NCBI GenBank assembly: GCA_038213805.1
Contig: JBBQSO010000079.1
Coordinates: 1 to 25,263, forward strand
Length of the DNA stretch: 25,263 nucleotides
From: Planctomycetota bacterium
GTDB taxonomy: Bacteria; Planctomycetota; UBA11346
Direction of reading: 5' to 3'
The translations under genes and the position numbers were made by a program. The notes under the pieces were generated by a model. It did no database searches, was not told the DNA's origin, and saw nothing but the letters and a program-made list of their open reading frames with translations. This document shows, piece by piece, positions 25,219-25,263 of the stretch; within the stretch, counting starts at the first letter, position 1; each line of letters begins with the position of its first letter.

Positions 25219-25263
25219 TGTAAGTTCTCTTCACCCACCCGCGAGGCGAAGTGGCAGCCTGGG
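25217..25263 (+). mobile_element. Probable left end of an IS110 copy (core CT, -10 box, start of bridge RNA); truncated by the window edge
   Basis: The repeat arm is interrupted at CT and followed by TG-TAAGTT, which sits 17 nt from the right-end TTGACT if the two ends are joined. A small hairpin follows. Confidence 0.65.
25233..25263 (+). ncRNA. Putative 5' start of an IS110 bridge RNA (partial)
   Basis: A at 25233 lies 7 nt after TAAGTT. Hairpin CCAC-c-CGC-gag-GCG-aa-GTGG at 25235-25254. The guide loops would lie beyond the window. Confidence 0.4.

Overview
High-GC chromosomal segment, most likely from a Planctomycetota/PVC bacterium (inferred from a PSCyt1-DUF1549-DUF1553 cytochrome plus DUF1501 pair and short-period intergenic repeats). 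Genes include map (with an N-terminal SEC-C motif), smc, a TPR protein, a small Zn-ribbon membrane protein, an atypical CX14CX2C queE, secreted peptidase/hydrolase-like proteins, a FAH-family gene and hemW. The main signal is at the two ends. The window opens in the 3' end of an IS110-family (IS621-like) recombinase and its right end (TTGACT...ACAGTCA-CT). It closes on what looks like the left end of the same element (CT-TG-TAAGTT plus a hairpin). Joining the two IS ends at the CT core rebuilds a sigma70-type promoter with 17-bp spacing, the expected driver of a bridge RNA. Joining the two flanks rebuilds the missing arm of a REP-like (CTCCGCGT)n inverted repeat, which gives a predicted target of TCCGCGT-CT-CCYGT. 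Many intergenic gaps carry 7-8-nt tandem repeats, often arranged as inverted arms.
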